Shown here in pieces: positions 27,065-40,522 of a DNA stretch of 64,000 nucleotides. The DNA is from Octopus sinensis (taxonomy: Eukaryota): positions 200,074,001 to 200,138,000 of the forward strand of contig NC_042997.1 in assembly GCF_006345805.1 (NCBI RefSeq), written 5' to 3'. The position numbers and the translations under genes were made by a program. The notes under the pieces were generated by a model. It worked only from the letters and a program-made list of their open reading frames with translations. It was not told the origin of the DNA and did no database searches. Position 1 is the stretch's first letter, and each line of letters begins with the position of its first letter.

Positions 27065-27345
27065 ACACATGTACCCTTAATGTAGTTCTTGGGGAGATTC
27101 CGCATGGCACAGAGCGTGACAAGGCTGGCCCTTTGAAATACAGGTACAACAGAAACAGGAAGAAAGAGTGAGATAAAGTTGTGGTGAAAGAGTACAGCAG
27201 AGTTTGTCACCACCCCCTACCAAAGCCTTGCGGAGATTTAAGTGTTTTTGCTCAATAAACACTCACAACACCTGGTCTGGGAATTGAAACCATGATCCTA
27301 CGACTATGAATCTGCTGCCCTAACAACTGGATCATTGTGCCTCCA
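27065..27345 (-). mobile_element. Chimeric SINE: family D head joined to family E-type tail
   Basis: 27150-27345 matches the head/body of 20270-20638; 27065-27140 matches 6650-6735. Confidence 0.65.
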
Positions 27346-27564
27346 CTCTTCTCATAGTACATCAGAATAGAAAACACCAGAAGTATAAACTTCCCTTTGA
27401 ACTAATGGATTAACAAAAAGAAAACAAAAGGAAGGAAAAAAATGAAAAACACTATGATGCTTTATATAGTTATGAACAGATATTTAGATAGACTCTTGAC
27501 TCTTCTAACCTTGGCCTACTGGAACATTTAGGATGTGATGACTGGAGGTAGAGAGGGCAGTACC

Positions 27565-27849
27565 CAGTGGTGGACTGGTCATGTTGCCAGCTTGCCCGGT
27601 GGCAAATGGGCCCCTACGCCATTAGAATCCATACACAGGGGCCCATGTTAGTATCTAAGGGGCCTGTCCCCTCAAACTTGAGAATTTTTTTATTCACTCC
27701 TGGAAGAATGCATTAATTATTTCAGCCTGGCTGTGTTTGTAGACAGTTGAAAAGAATACTTTCAATAAAAAAAAAAAATAAATAAATGCTAGCAGATGGG
27801 TCCTCTTAGTCTCCTGGCAACCAATATTTTTAGACCCAGTCCGCCACTG
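27565..27849. mobile_element. hAT-type MITE
   Basis: TIRs cagtggtggactgg / ccagtccgccactg (1 mismatch); 8-bp flanks gcagtacc (27557-27564) and gctgtacc (27850-27857) match at 7/8. Confidence 0.75.
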
Positions 27850-28905
27850 GCTGTACCACTACTTGAGTGGAACTCATTTCTAATGAAATAGTACTCATTT
27901 CAGAGCAGCTTGAAATGAAGTGCTTTCCTCATGGACACAATGTATCATCCAGCTCCAGAATCAAACCCATGGTCTTATAACTGAGATTCCAAAGCCCCAA
28001 ACCACAAAGACATGCAAATCAAATTCTTCAGTGGTACCCAACCAACTCAATGGCTTTCAATATAACATTACTACTCTGCCTAATGCTTAACACTAGTTTT
28101 TAGTATCTCTTCATTTGGTTTATGTTTTCTGATTTAACCAAGATTTCTATTCTACTTCAGCCATTTCTGTCGATAACAACATTAAATACTTTTGATATCT
28201 GAACTTGCTTTAATCTCATTTAAGCTACTTTGCAAATCTAAGTTACTCTCTTCGTCTTATTTGGATGCATTCACAGCTGGTATAACTTCTTTGATATTCA
28301 TGGATTATTAGCAGATAAATCAGTGTTTTTCACACATATCCCATGCAATATACCTCTTGGGTGACGAAAAAAAATGAAAAAAAAAAGCAAGAAAATAACT
28401 CAAATAGCTACATTGCCAATGTTACTTATTTCTCTTTCAGCCTTAATGTACTAAAATATTCTAATTTCACCAGCTTTTTCCATCTCATGCAAACTGTGAA
28501 ATCAATATGATAAATTATAGTATGTATTATCCTATTGAAGACAAAGGGAAAAATAATATAAGCATAAAGAAAAATATTGTCATGAAATATAATAATTTTC
28601 TTTCTGACTTCAAAGGATTATCTTTTCTTCGTTTTCCATATATATTTTGATAATAGTTTTGTGTTCACCACCACCACCACCACCTCCACCTCCACTACTG
28701 CTGCCACCGCCACCGCCACTTTCACCACCACCATCAACACCACTACCACTGTTGTCATCGATACTACAATGGATTTTCCTTTCCATGCTATCACATGCTA
28801 GAACAGTGTGCATCACTACAATGAAATGCCATTTGTCCAATGCTTTAAATATCTCACTACTCTCGCATTTCACATATTTTTCTTTTTATTCAGCTATATT
28901 TTTTC

Positions 28906-28942
<37 letters not shown>

Positions 28943-29063
28943 TCAAATTCTTGAAGTAACATCCATTACATTCAACACGTTGTACTTGACTTTATATACT
29001 TTACCAGTTCCCTGAAAAATCTTGTGTGCACTCAATGCCCATGTCACATATATTCTGTAGTTT

Positions 29064-29100
<37 letters not shown>

Positions 29101-29601
29101 TACATGTGTTTCATGAAATCTATCATATGAGAGACAGAGAGAGAAAATCTTGGCTACAAACATCATCGTCGTCGTCATCATCATCATCATCATCCTCATC
29201 ATCATCATCGTCATCATCATCATCTCCATCATCATTGAACATCAGCTTCCCATGCTGCTGATATGGATTAGATAGTTTGACCAGAGCTGGCCGGTCGGAG
29301 AGCTGCACCTGGTTCCAAATGTCTGTTTTGGCATGGTTTTTATGGCTGGATTCCCTTCCTAATGCCAACCATTTCATAGAGTGTACTGCATGCTTTTTTT
29401 AAGTGGCACCAGCAAAGATGCTTTCTTTATATATGGCACCAGCAGCCATGAGCTTGCCATACTTACCATTCATCTATTTTCTTACAACTTCCAATAGCAG
29501 CTTCATTAATCCTTTACTTTATCTATAATCTCATCTTTTATTCTTTCCCTAAAACCATCTTCAGTACTAAAGAAATCATCTTGTTAATAGTAATAAACTG
29601 C

Positions 29602-29632
<31 letters not shown>

Positions 29633-29795
29633 TAATAATAACTGATATAAAAAATTCAATAATCATTTAAGTATTATGGTTTCATTTTGGTTTGAGAATA
29701 TTATCTCTTTTCTGTTCTTTTACTCATTTCAGTCAACAGAATGTGGCTATGCTGGGATGCTGTCTTTAAGAATTTTAGTCTGTCTTATCAACTAC

Positions 29796-30187
29796 GTGGC
29801 TGTGTGGTAAGTAGCTTGCTTACCAACCACATGGTTCCGGATTCAGTCCCACTGTGTGGCACCTTGGGCAAGTGTCTTCTACTATAGTTTCGGGCTGACC
29901 AAAGCCTTTTGAGTGGATTTGGTGGACGGAAACTGAAAGAAGCCCATCGTATATATGTGTGTGTGTTTATGTGTTTGTGTTTGTCCCTCCCCCCCAACAT
30001 CACTTGACAACTGATGGTGGTGTGTTTACATCCCCGTAACTTAGTAGTTCGGCAAAAGAGAATGATAAAATAAGTACTAGGCTTACAAAGAATAAGTCCT
30101 GGGGTTGATTTGCTCAACTAAAAGGCGGTGCTTCAGCATGGCCACAGTCAAATGACTGAAACAAGTAAAAGAGTAAAGAGTAAAGAG
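29796..30187 (+). mobile_element. SINE family A
   Basis: Near-full copy homologous to 10956-11390. Confidence 0.85.
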
Positions 30188-30620
30188 TATTTTAGTCTGG
30201 TACTTGCTTTATTGATATCTGCTTATTGAACAGCTAAGTTATTCTTTGACTTAAAGGGCTACAGTTTAACTCACTGGTTTACATTAACGAACATAAACAT
30301 AATTATCTGTATTATTCTTTCTTCTTGCCATCATCAAAGCATTGCCATTAATTTCCTTAATATGTTGCTGTTAGTGTTGTTGTAGTTATCATTATTGCTG
30401 TGTCATTGTTTAGCAATGTTTTAGTCCTCATTGAGCTGACTGCTAATCAAAGATATTCCAGCTGTGACCATCCCATCTTTCAGCATACCAGAGCATTTTT
30501 ATCCTATGTGTCCATCACTTTTTAAGAAAGTATGGAGTGATCTGGAGGAATATTATTACTATTAGGTCAAGCAATCACATACAGACTTCCCTGCTGGTTC
30601 ATTTTCACTGATATATTTAA

Positions 30621-30842
30621 CCCTTTTGTTACCATATTTCTGTTGAGATGCTCTGTGTTTCTTTCAATTAATTTTAAATATAACAAAGAATTAGTAAAAT
30701 AATTTAGTTTATCATTAAGCAAGTGTTAGGAACATATATTGTGACTAAGGTTTGGTGGAAGATTTTAATTCAGAACTTTTGAAAGCAAGACATTTGTACT
30801 ACAGAGCCAGAGGCGGTTTCAGGCGGGTTGGTATCAAAAGGG
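30621..30842. mobile_element. piggyBac-type MITE
   Basis: TTAA at 30617-30620 and 30843-30846; TIRs cccttttgttacc / ggtatcaaaaggg (1 mismatch). Confidence 0.75.
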
Positions 30843-31019
30843 TTAAAGTTGGTGATGATGGTTGCAATTTTGTGGAGGGTGGGGTATAGTCAGCTGAATC
30901 CATCTCAGTACTCCTTCCTGTAGCATTAGACATAAAAGGTAGCCAACTGAAATGGGCTTTAAACTCAGAATGTAAAGAAAACTAACTATTACAAGTATTT
31001 ACACCTCCACTATATAGTT

Positions 31020-31255
31020 TCTTATTTCTTTACTGCCCACAAGGGGCTACACACACAGAGGACAAACAAGGACAGACAAACGGATTAAGTCAATTATATT
31101 GACCTCAGTGCGTAACTGGTACTTATTTAATCAACACCAAAAGGATAAAAAGCAAAGCCGACCTCAGCAGAATTTGAACTCAGAATGTAGCGGTAGACGA
31201 AATACCTCTAAGCATTTCGGCTGGTGTGCTAACGTTTCTGCCAGCTCGCTGCCTA
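31020..31255 (-). mobile_element. SINE family B
   Basis: Homologous to 22925-23160. Confidence 0.8.
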
Positions 31256-31884
31256 TATAGTTTTTGTGTCTCTAGAAGCTCTATTATAGTGCTTCCCAAC
31301 ACGGGGTCCATGGACTGCTGGTGGTTTGTGAGCTAAGTTCAAAATTTCATGTTAGAAGTTATGTTAGAAATTCAATTAGAAGGAAATACATATTCATGCA
31401 TATACGTATATGTACATAAGTGTGTATATATATATGTCATCATCATCATCATCATCATTATCATCATCATCGTTTTACGTCTGTTTTCCATGCTGGGATA
31501 GGTTGGACAGTTTGACTGAATTTACTTATGTACTTAAACCCATACGCAGATATGCATATATATATGCTCACACACATATACCCATAGATATATGCATACA
31601 CATATACACATGCATACATATACACACATACACATACAAACATACATATGCATACACACACACATACATCCATACATGTGCGCACATACATGTATACATG
31701 TCCATATATGAATTATTAACAATCAAAAAATAAGATTGGAGAGTTAAAAAATTAAAAAGTGGAGACAAGGGAAAGTCAAACAAGGTTGCTGAAGATTACT
31801 TAAGGATGTTCAGGATATATACTGTGTGGTGATTTAGGTTGCATTTAGATTTGTGGTAAAATTTGAAGGTGTGAAAAAAGGCCA

Positions 31885-32220
31885 CGTTATATTTATTTAG
31901 TAGTATTGAAGAGTTATGTTATGATATGTGGAATGCCTCTTTTAGGCATAACTTACAGGCTGAATGTTGACCCTGGTATGGAAGTCCTGAATCTATTATG
32001 GATCATGACAAGATGTATGGAATATTTCTATTTTTGAGATGATGTATGTGACTAGCGAGTGTTGTGGATTTACTGTGCTTCTCATATCTAATAGAAGTGA
32101 GATGCATAGTGTATCACTGTTTAAAGTTTATAGTTGACCTTATATACATGGTTCTAGAATTGTGTAACGTGTTGAGGATGGTACTTTATAAATTACATTT
32201 GACCTTCTGCAACAGGTTGT
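31885..32220 (-). pseudogene. GIY-YIG endonuclease remnant of a Penelope-like element
   Basis: C..SNVIYK (one frame), then MYIRSTINFKQ*YTMHLTSIRYEKHSKSTTLASHIHHLK...S*SII...ACKLCLKEAFHI...LLNK, the NVIY/YIG...CxLCLxE pattern; stops and a frameshift. Confidence 0.7.
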
Positions 32221-33789
32221 GTATGCATGTGTGTGTGCATGGAATTGATGTGTGGGTGCATGTGCATATATCAATATACACTTCTTTCTTTCCCTTTCTG
32301 ATTCCTCAGCCCCCACTATCACATTAGCCAATACAATAAACACCTATGTCTATTCTTAGAAACTTGACCATTATATTTTATTATTCTTCCCTTCCATTTT
32401 TGAGGTTTAATGCAGTTCCATTATAATGTACGAGGGGACCACATTAGCAGAACCATCAGTGCATTGAAAATATCACATCACACTGCAGTATTTATTCTAG
32501 ATGTCTGCATTCTTGTTTCAAATAGAGCCAAGATAAACTGCATCTTTCATTTATTGGGGAATCGATAAAATAAAGTACCAGTCAACTACTGACGTCAGTG
32601 CAGTCAACTAAACCATCTCAAAATTTCTTGCATTGTGCCTAAATTTGAAATAGTTACAATGCACTTTACCAGTCATAAAACATCTGCAACAACACTTAAG
32701 CAATGCTTTTCCTGAAGAGACTTGATTGGAGTGAAACATGTCCAGAGTTGTCATCTATTGATAAAGAGCAATTTCATTCCCTTCTGCATTGCAATTTTAA
32801 TTAATTTTAATTAGATTCTGAGGATTGTTATCCCTGTCATTCTTGGTTAAATTTGGTCATTGAGATAATTAATAGTTCTTGTTACTATGGGCATAAGATT
32901 GATTAATTAAATTTCGTGACTTGCTAAACTAATTAAGAAGCATCTACTTTTCTAACTGTTTTCATGCAGCAGCTGCAGTCTTTTATTAAACACTATCTCA
33001 TGACTATGTTTTGCGTTGTTCTCTTATCCATCTTCAGTGTTTTAATTTTATATGTATGTGGCACGTAAAAAACACCATTTGAGTGTGGCTGTTGTCAGTA
33101 CCGCCTGACTGGCCCTCGTGCCAGTGGCACATAAAAGCACCCACTACACTCTTGGAGTGGTTGGTGTTAAGAAGGTCATCCAGCTGTAGACACTCTGCCA
33201 GATCAGATAAGAGCCTGGTGCAGCAATCTGGTTTGACAGTCCTCAGTCAAATTGTCCAACCCATGCTAGTATGGAAAGTGGGCGTTAAACGATGATGATG
33301 ATGATGATGATGATGTGTTTTTTACGTGCCACTTGCACAGGAACCAGTCCAGCGGCACTGGCAACGACCTCGCTTGAATGTTTTTTCATGTGCCACTGGC
33401 ACAAGTGCCAGTAAGGCGATGCTGGTAACTATCACGCTTGAATGATGCTTTTTATGTGCCACTGGCATGGAAGCCAGTTAGCTGCTCTGGTAACGATCAT
33501 GCTTGGATGGTGCTCTAGTGCTCCACTAGCACGGATGCCAGTCATCTATATATACATATCCATATATGGGTACAGGACGCCTTCAACAGTAAACATGAAA
33601 TACGAAAACAAATGAGTTCAATATGCAAACAATGAGAGAAACAAATGGAAAACAGGACAAGTAACACAAAGAATGACCCTTCATCAGTTGTTGGCTGTCT
33701 ATCTACTCCTCATTTCGAGCATTGAACGACAATATGAGTCTTCGAAGACAGTTGCTTCCATAAGTACCAAAATAAAATTTTGTATATCT

Positions 33790-35490
33790 TTTTACTCTTT
33801 TTCATGTTTCAGTCATTTGACTGTGGCTATACTGGAGCCTCACCTTTAGTCAAAGAAATTGGACTAAGGATTTATTCTTTAAAAAGCCTAGTACTTATTC
33901 TATTGGTCACTTTTGCCAGACTGTTAAGTTACAGGGACATAAACAAACCAGTACCTGACGGGGGATGGTGGGGGGAATCAAACACAGACACATAAATATA
34001 TATATACAGGGGTTGGACAAAATAATGGAAACATCTTAAAATTTCAAACAAATTTATTTTAAAATGGGTTAGGACTGCCTTTGGTAGTAATTACTTCTTG
34101 AATTCTATGAAGTATGGACTCGTACAAAGTTCTGCCAAAGGAATTTTTGTCCATTCTTCAGTTAAAACAGTCTCCAGTTCTTGTAGTGATGATGGTGGAG
34201 GATATTGATTCCTTACTTGTTTTTCTAAAATGCATCATAAATGTTCAATAATATTGAGATCTGGGAACTGTGGTGGCCAGATAAGATGTTCAACTTCACT
34301 AGAATGTTCCTTGTGCTATTCAATAACAACTTTAGCAGTGTAAATTGGTGCATTATCATCCTGAAAATTTGCATTTCCCTCCAGAAACAGTTCCGCAACC
34401 TTAGGATGAATTTGCTCAGATAAAATGCTGAAATAGTCTTGACTATCAATTCTGCCATGAAGGGAACCATTTGGCTGGGAGATTTCCAAGATATAGCCCC
34501 AGCAGATCATTACAGATCCTCCTCCATGTTTAACAGTTGGAAGAAAGCAGTCTGGGTCAAATATTTATTTTGGCTGTCTCCACACGTATACTCGGCCAGT
34601 AGTCAGAAATAAGGATGACGACTCGTGCAAGAAAATAGCATTCTTCCACTGCTCTAGAGACGAATTCTGTAGGTTTTACTCGACCCTAAATGCTTTGCAA
34701 CTTTTGCAGCCCTCCAGTGAAATCTGGCTTTGTGCAGCTCCCAGCGAACAGCTTTTGTGGAAACTAGGTTTTCAAGGTGGTCATTAAGCTCTGCAGTAAT
34801 TTTGGGAGCTGTACTTTTGTGATCCTTTCTAACAATTTGCATAAGAGTCCGATGGTCTCTGTCTGAAAGTTTTCGGTTTCTTCCAGAGTATATATATATA
34901 TATATATTAGGCACGTGCTGTCAGTAAATACTCAGTGTAGCTAGTTGGCAATCTTTATATAGTAAAACACATGAAAAATAAGCAAAACACAGGCACGCGA
35001 CTGAGTTAAAGGCAAATCTATTTTTGCCTTTATACCATGTAAAGAAAATGGTGTTGTAGAAATGTACGCAGCATGTGTACTATAGCTGTACTTTATGTAG
35101 CTTAGATACTGAGATTGAAAGGCAGGGGAGAATTATGCTTACCTAATCTACAAAGAAATAAAGCATTTTGTATTTTATGCATGGTAATCAGACGAACCTT
35201 CATTTTATTGAATTAGGTGCATATTTTATCATGAGAGGAAAATGTTGCTCTCAATCTATTTTATTCAAATTAGGCACTGCCTACCTTGCCTACCTAGGTG
35301 GCATGTCGTTGATTTATATATATATATATATACACAATGGGCTTCTTTCAGTTTTCATCTACCAAATCCACTCACAAGGCTTTGGTTGGCCCATGGCTTA
35401 AGACACTTGCCCAAAGTGCCATGCAGTGGGGCTGAACTCAGAATCATGTGGTTGGGAAGCAAGCTTTTTACCACATGGCCACACCTGTGC
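33790..35490 (-). mobile_element. SINE family A split at its central (TA)n by the Tc1 relic and ~400 bp of unassigned DNA
   Basis: 3' half at 33790-34006, 5' half at ~35315-35490, same orientation. Confidence 0.65.
34007..34890 (-). mobile_element. Decayed Tc1-family DNA transposon (one TIR, fragmented transposase)
   Basis: TA + caggggttggacaaaataatggaaac terminus at 34007; minus frames SGRNRKLSDRDHRTLMQIVRKDHK, FQDDNAPIYTAK, WPPQFPDLNIIEHL. Confidence 0.85.
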
Positions 35491-35730
35491 CTATGAATAT
35501 ATATTTCCATGTATCACATTTTTTCTGGTCTCTGTTCTTTCCTTTTCCCTCTCTTTATGTTTTCTTTCCTCATTCCTTTATGCAGAAGAGTATAGGCTCA
35601 AAACATCAAAGACTCTTCCATTTTTCCTGAGCATCAAACTGATACACCTTGTTTATTGTTCTCTCACTTGTTCTCTTGTACAATTTTGAACTATGTACAT
35701 ACATACATACATGCATATATATATATATAC

Positions 35731-35824
<94 letters not shown>

Positions 35825-36160
35825 TTTACAATATAAAGGAAAGATCCAAGGAAATAATTACAAGGTAGCAAAATGTTGCTTAAAATCCGGGATAGTAAGT
35901 CGTATTTAGTAGAAAATAGGAAAATTGAATAAGGAGACGAACTCTTGAGATGTTAAATTATTTCTATCTTGATATAAATTTTTTAACAACATCCCAAGAG
36001 CTCATTTCCTTATTCAATTTTCCTATATATGCATATATATATACATGCATATATAAATATATACATATATATATATAAAAATACATATATATATATATAT
36101 ATATGTATGTATATATGTGTATATATATATATACATACATACACACATACACGCACCCGT

Positions 36161-36197
<37 letters not shown>

Positions 36198-36300
36198 TAT
36201 AGTAAATCTTAAAAAAGAAAACAAACACAAAAAAACAACACCGCGAGGACGTGTTACATGTGAAGTATTAGCAGATGCTCAGGGAAGGAAAGAAAGATAG

Positions 36301-36334
36301 TTTTACATTTCGAGCAAAGGTCTTCTTCAGAAAC
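36301..36334 (-). ncRNA. Minimal hammerhead-like motif, slightly decayed
   Basis: GUUU-CUGAAGA-A-GACC UUU GCUC-GAAA UGUA^AAAC; a sister copy at 25673-25707 (+) has the perfect GAGC/GCUC stem II but a mutated core. Confidence 0.5.
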
Positions 36335-36478
36335 AAAGGAAAATCCAATAAAAAGGAAGACGAAGGAAGAAAATCGCCAATGATTCACATATGGTTACAT
36401 ATGCATTTGTTAAATAAAATGAGACATCAAAGCCAAGGCAGTGTGAAATTTCTAGGACATTTATAAAGAGAAAGTTAT

Positions 36479-36524
36479 TCTTACAGCTGTTTCAGGGATA
36501 TAAAGGATATACCATCATCAGAGA
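36479..36524 (-). ncRNA. Minimal type I hammerhead motif
   Basis: UCU-CUGAUGA-UGGUAUA UCCUU UAUAUCCCU-GAAAC AGCU GUA^AGA: intact core, palindromic stem III ACAGCUGU, 3-bp stem I. Confidence 0.55.
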
Positions 36525-36679
36525 CGATATGAGAGAGTTAAATAGGAAATAGTAGAGTTCAATATAAGAAGTTTCCTTGTGCATGCCCTCTTGTTGTCTG
36601 TTATTGTTAATTTTATTATTCATTTATTTGAATTAATTGTTCAGTTGAACTCACTCCCCCCACACACACACACACATAA

Positions 36680-36803
36680 GTGTGTGTATATATATAATTT
36701 TGACAATAGAAAATTAATTGCAGCTGCGACAGAATCCCTTTCTGTGTCACCTTCTTTCCTTATGCTGTTTGTAATGGTAACAACAGCATAACTGAGTAAT
36801 GAA

Positions 36804-36842
<39 letters not shown>

Positions 36843-36904
36843 ACACACACACACATATATATACATTTATGTGTGTATATATACACACATAAATGTATAT
36901 ATAT

Positions 36905-36949
<45 letters not shown>

Positions 36950-36978
36950 TATGCATAATGTATACATACATACATACA

Positions 36979-37020
<42 letters not shown>

Positions 37021-37166
37021 CATCATCATCATCATCCTCGTCAAGTATATATGTATATAGGAGTAATAAGTGAGTAATGAAATATATATATATATATATA
37101 CACACACATACATATATATACATTTATGTGTGTATATATACACACACATATATACATACATACATG

Positions 37167-37214
<48 letters not shown>

Positions 37215-37256
37215 CATAATGTATATATACGTACATACATACACACATACATACAT

Positions 37257-37290
<34 letters not shown>

Positions 37291-37450
37291 CATCATCATC
37301 ATCATCATCGTCATGTATATATGTATATAGGAGTAATTTCAGTATTGAACTGAGTTGTTAACTTTATAATTTTGACAACAGAAAATTAATTGCACCTGCG
37401 ACAGAATCCCTTTCTGTGTCACCTTCTCTCCTTATGCTGCTTTTAATGGT
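36680..37450. repeat. Compound local tandem duplication with microsatellites
   Basis: ataattttgaca..agaaaattaattgca.ctgcgacagaatccctttctgtgtcacc at ~36695 and ~37365; gtaatgaaatatata at ~36796 and ~37075; catcat..gtatatatgtatataggagtaat at ~37020 and ~37290. Confidence 0.8.
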
Positions 37451-38869
37451 AAGAACACCTTAAGTTGTAGAGGTTTAAGGAATAATTAGCAAGTAATGTA
37501 ATTAATAGGAACGATTGGGTGTGCAATGTTAAACTTGCAGAAGCGGTTGATTGCAGGTGAGCTGAGAAGAACATTAACACATTGTCTACTGTATGCAGTT
37601 GATGTGATTACTTACATTCACAGACATTTAATGGAAATGTATGATCATGCTAAACAAAAAATAAAAAGTATTTTTTGTCTATTCTTCATCACGTTTAACC
37701 ATTTTATAATTTACCTCAAAAAAAAAAAAAAAACAGAAAAAAATTATAATAGTCTTTTATATCTTTTTTTTTTTTGGTTTCCTATTTAATTTACTTGTTA
37801 ATAAATAAGTTTTCCTAGAGACATCCCCTTCCCTCCGCATCATGCTTTTTATCAAAAAATGATTTATCTATTGTTCTTCCAATTATTTGCTAATGTCTGA
37901 CCTAGTACATGTGGTGAATTCTGACTTGTGTGATTTTGTTAGTTGGCAACAAATAATTTTCATGGAAGATGCAAATAAAAAAAAAGCAAAAATGTTTATA
38001 GCAACTTTTGATACCAACCTATCTTATATGATACAAATTTCCTGTTTTTTCTTTTGTTAAAAGCAATCTCCATTAAAATCTTCTATTGACATTTCTTTTT
38101 AATTTATTTTCCAAACACGCTCCTCTCCGCTCTGCTGCTGCTGCCACCACCACCGCCACCCCCGCCCCCATTCAACATTCACATTCCATGCTGGCATAGA
38201 TTTGGATAGTTTGGCAGGTTCCAGTGGGTCCAAGTACTGCATCACTCTCCAGAGTCTGCCCTTCCTAATGCCAGCCACTTCACAACAATTACTGGATGCC
38301 TTTTATTCTTTTCCTGGCGCCAGCACTAGTGTGGTTGCAATCGGCAGTATGCATTATTTACTAAATTCTTCATTATCTTAAAAATTAATTGGAACAAAAT
38401 TAGTGTATTTTGTTGTATCATGGGAAGGTCATTATGCCAATAATAAACACATGCACTGATTTTATTTCAGTTCATTTATCATTATTATTAGATAACCATT
38501 TAACTAATTAACTGATCAATTGTTTGGTTAATGAATCAAATCTGGAGCAGACATGGAGAATGGAGAGCACGTCATTGATGAGGACATGGATGGGGGGAAA
38601 AAGGACTCTGATGAACCTGGCTGATTGATTGATTGATTGATTGACCAAATAATTAATTGTCCTCCTCATTTCTTCTCCCTTCTTCTCCCTCCTTTCTCCC
38701 CTTTCCTCATCCCTTCTTCCTCCTCCTTATACCTCCATCCTCCCTCTTCAGAGAGAGAGAGAGAGAGAGAGGAAGAGAGATCGAACAGTGAGGAGAGGGG
38801 ACAGAGAGGAGAGAAGTGAGAGCTAGAGGAGTGAGGGAGATGTAGGAAAGGAGAAATTACAACACAATC

Positions 38870-38881
38870 ATACTACTACTA

Positions 38882-38940
<59 letters not shown>

Positions 38941-39090
38941 ACTACTGCTGCTGCTGCTGCCATTACTACTGCTACCACCACTACCACTACCTCTACCACT
39001 ACCACCACCACCACCACTACTACTGCTGTTGCTGTTGCCACTACTACTACTACAACTACCACCACCACCACCACTACTACTACTACCAGA
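38870..39090. repeat. Compound trinucleotide repeat (CTA/CTG/CCA)n
   Basis: Direct reading. Confidence 0.9.
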
Positions 39091-39801
39091 TGTGCCTGCC
39101 AAATTCCTTTATGCTTTAAAGTGATCTAAATTAGAATCTATCAAAATTTCATGTTGTGTCCAGCAGCTTAGTTCGTAAAGTAGGAGTGCGGGCTACTAAC
39201 CCCATGATTCTGAGTTCAATTCCAGGCAGTGACCTGAATAATAATAATAATAATAATAATAACATCGAAAAATACCTTGGCTGGAGGGTATATCAGCTGA
39301 AACGTTTTGTTAGCAAAAAAAAAAAAAAAAAACCATATGAGGAAAAATATCCGTCAAGCATAAATACAAAATTGTTGGGAGGAAATTTTGGTTGGAAGTT
39401 TAATTTGGATCACTTTTAAATAGGAAGTTTGTTTCATAAAACCAGATGCAGTCACAGACAGATTAGTATTAAAAGAGTTAACAGAAATTGGACGAACATC
39501 AGAAAAGGAAGAAAAGGATGTTAAAGAGAAAATGGATATGCGCACTGAAGCTAAAATGTTGTAGTCATAATCATTGTTTAATTTTCAATGCTTGCATGGA
39601 TCAGATGGAATTGCTAAGGCAGATTTTCTTTGCTGGGCCCCCTTCCTGTCACCAACCTTCACTTATTTCCTAGCAAGGTAATATTTACTTACAGAAAACT
39701 GGAAATTATTGACATCGCTTGTATGTGGTATCATTTGCAATCATCACATGATATTTAGACAAGGGTACACACACACACACTCATATACATACATACATAC
39801 A

Positions 39802-39837
<36 letters not shown>

Positions 39838-40482
39838 TTGGCGCTTATCACTATATATTAACTAGATTCCCCGTGACCCATCGGGTCACCAGGAAACTCT
39901 GAGTTTTCCTGCAACAAAATTTTGTTTTGTGGGTTGGAAAGATTTGTCTGCTATTTCTTGCAAGCCCTACTACCATGTAACAGGTATTTCAGGTCCTTTA
40001 TTGCAAATCACTGTTATGTGGCAGCAGGGCGAGCTAGAAATAGCAGCCAAATCTTTGGGGGGAAGATGCGTTGAATGCACTAGAAAAAAACTTTTTCACA
40101 CAGAGGTTACAAACAGGTCTCTTACGAAATATCTACCATATTTTTCATCTTGAAAACTACTTTACCGATTTAAGCAAAACTTGTTTCATTAAATTCGTAT
40201 TAACATTTCAGGATAAACTTAATTCATGGTATTTTTCCATTATGCACCAGTTTTGCTGAGTAATATTACATGCAGGCAAGCAAGATTGAAACTGACTTTT
40301 AATGTATTATAGACAACCACTCTTTGAGTGGTTGGCACTAGGAAGGGCATCCACCATCCATGCCAAATCAGATTGGAACCTAGTACAGCCCTCCCCACCA
40401 GCTTACCAGTTTTCAGTCAAACTGTTCAAACCATGCCAGCATAGAAAATGAACGTTAAATGAAGATGATGATGATGATGATG

Positions 40483-40522
<40 letters not shown>

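Noticed and set aside
28975-29016. GTGKVYKVKY peptide resembling a kinase Gly-rich loop
   Set aside because: Incomplete motif, weak splice sites and no other kinase exons in the window.
33660-33740. CTGATGA and GAAA on the minus strand
   Set aside because: Order and intervening sequence give no stems I and III or an NUH site; likely a broken repeat fragment.
39160-39240. tRNA-like sequence (also the heads of SINE families A-E)
   Set aside because: Degenerate cloverleaf, followed by a SINE body or a TAA tail; SINE-derived rather than a tRNA gene.
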